Of a stretch of DNA of 55,910 nt, positions 54,876 to 55,910 are shown one piece after another. How positions within the stretch are numbered: position 1 is the stretch's first letter; each line of letters begins with the position of its first letter. The notes under the pieces are model-generated. The model saw only the letters and a list, made by a program, of their open reading frames with translations, ran no database searches and was not told the DNA's origin. The translations under genes were made by a program, and so were the position numbers. Source of the stretch: a virus (taxonomy: Duplodnaviria > Caudoviricetes); IMG/VR virus record IMGVR_UViG_3300049789_000029, positions 1-55,910 of that record. One strand, 5' to 3'.

Positions 54876-55910
54876 TCACAGAATTGGACCGTCTTGGCTG
54901 CCAGTCGGAACACCAGTTCCGTAAACCCCATCAGGTGCCGGACAAGTCGGCAGGCTGGAGCTATAGCTCTGAGGCGGATAGCCCGGATTAACGGAGCAGG
55001 TTCCGATTTCGGGAATACAGAACTGTTCACGTTTGTGGAAGATGGCTTCCAAGAACTCGTAGTGCAGCGGGCGCACGTAGTATTTGAACCACGCGATGAA
55101 CTGACCTTTGTTCTCCCACTTGTTGGAGATGACGTTGCCTTGAGCATCCGCGCCCAAGTCGTGCATCGCGAAGCGCCACTTGCCGCCGAAGTCACGGTGT
55201 CCGAACGGCATTTCGGGACTTAGCGGACGAGCGTCCGGCACCAGCAGTTCAAGACCCTTCTTGTGAGAGATGAAGCTCACAGCGAACTGCGCTTTGTCGA
55301 AGTCCGTGTTTTCGTCCGAACCGATACCGGCAGCGCCTCCGGCACCCGTCGTGGTCGTGTTCACGTACGGCAGGACGATCTGGTAGCGGTAACGGTTGCC
55401 GTTGCCGCCGTGCGCGTTCGCGCCAAGATCGGTGACGTAGTTGAATCGCAATCCCATCTCATCCACGCGGACAAGATAGTTGCCGATTTGACCGGAGAAG
55501 CCGTAGCGCCAATACGCATTGGCCGCGCTCCATTCGGTGAAGCGCCAGTTTCCGGAAACGTCCGGGCCTTCACCGCCGCCCGTTCCGAGTTGGCCACCCA
55601 GCTTGTCCAAGAACCAGCAGGTGTCCATGTCGGTGACGAGTTCGATGTATGGTGCAGTCTCCTTGAAGGGATTCTTGCCGCCATAACCACGGCGCATGAG
55701 CGGGCTGAACCGGCTCTGCAACATCTGGGGGACCAGATGGAAGACGTTCGTCGGAGCGACGGAACAATCAAAATAGATTTCCTCGTCACCGTTGGCACCG
55801 GCCAGAACCCACTGGAAGGTGAACACGCCAGTCGTTCCCTGCACACCGAAGTTTCGGTTGGCAACGTTCTTCTGTTTTGACCAGAGGAGCGTGCGCTTGC
55901 GCAAGAAGTT
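54876..55910 (-). CDS. Major capsid protein, C-terminal 344 aa (491 aa in total)
   Basis: Size, portal-scaffold-capsid gene order and strongly biased codon usage; no motif-level proof of fold. Confidence 0.75.
   Translation of the reverse strand, partial: NFLRKRTLLWSKQKNVANRNFGVQGTTGVFTFQWVLAGANGDEEIYFDCSVAPTNVFHLVPQMLQSRFSPLMRRGYGGKNPFKETAPYIELVTDMDTCWFLDKLGGQLGTGGGEGPDVSGNWRFTEWSAANAYWRYGFSGQIGNYLVRVDEMGLRFNYVTDLGANAHGGNGNRYRYQIVLPYVNTTTTGAGGAAGIGSDENTDFDKAQFAVSFISHKKGLELLVPDARPLSPEMPFGHRDFGGKWRFAMHDLGADAQGNVISNKWENKGQFIAWFKYYVRPLHYEFLEAIFHKREQFCIPEIGTCSVNPGYPPQSYSSSLPTCPAPDGVYGTGVPTGSQDGPIL
55784..55910. repeat. Terminal direct repeat (copy 2)
   Basis: Identical to 1-127. Confidence 0.97.

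Noticed and set aside
55902-55904. TTG start of a 342-aa stand-alone protein
   Set aside because: The frame stays open across the circular join up to ATG 568

Overview
This window is a complete, circularly permuted tailed-phage genome of 55,783 bp. Bases 1-127 equal bases 55784-55910 (an assembly overlap), and the join cuts the 491-aa major capsid gene. Gene content suggests a podovirus-like virion: portal, scaffold, capsid, adaptor, nozzle, Ig-domain fibre, three putative ejection proteins including a 2077-aa one, and no tape measure. The large terminase is inverted inside the virion block. Replication genes are a Toprim/AAA primase-helicase, a Cas4-like exonuclease and a Holliday resolvase. 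I recognised no DNA polymerase, integrase or endolysin. A Verrucomicrobia (Pedosphaera/Limisphaera-like) host is inferred from three proteins carrying an S/A-T/N-N/D-L-x-x-W...F-F/Y-R C-terminal domain. The most unusual features are: (1) a glycosyltransferase / sugar C-methyltransferase / RmlD-like / O-methyltransferase / ATP-grasp module translationally coupled to the portal gene; (2) three adjacent genes behind the capsid gene sharing a ~35-aa CxxC...LLAQI repeat, fused to different passenger domains; (3) a 15-nt motif, GCATCATRRRACRCC, found five times in the early region and partly displayed in hairpin loops; (4) several highly structured intergenic RNA candidates, including a 118-nt tRNA-like element. 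All functional calls come from motif recognition by eye; no database searches or folding programs were run.
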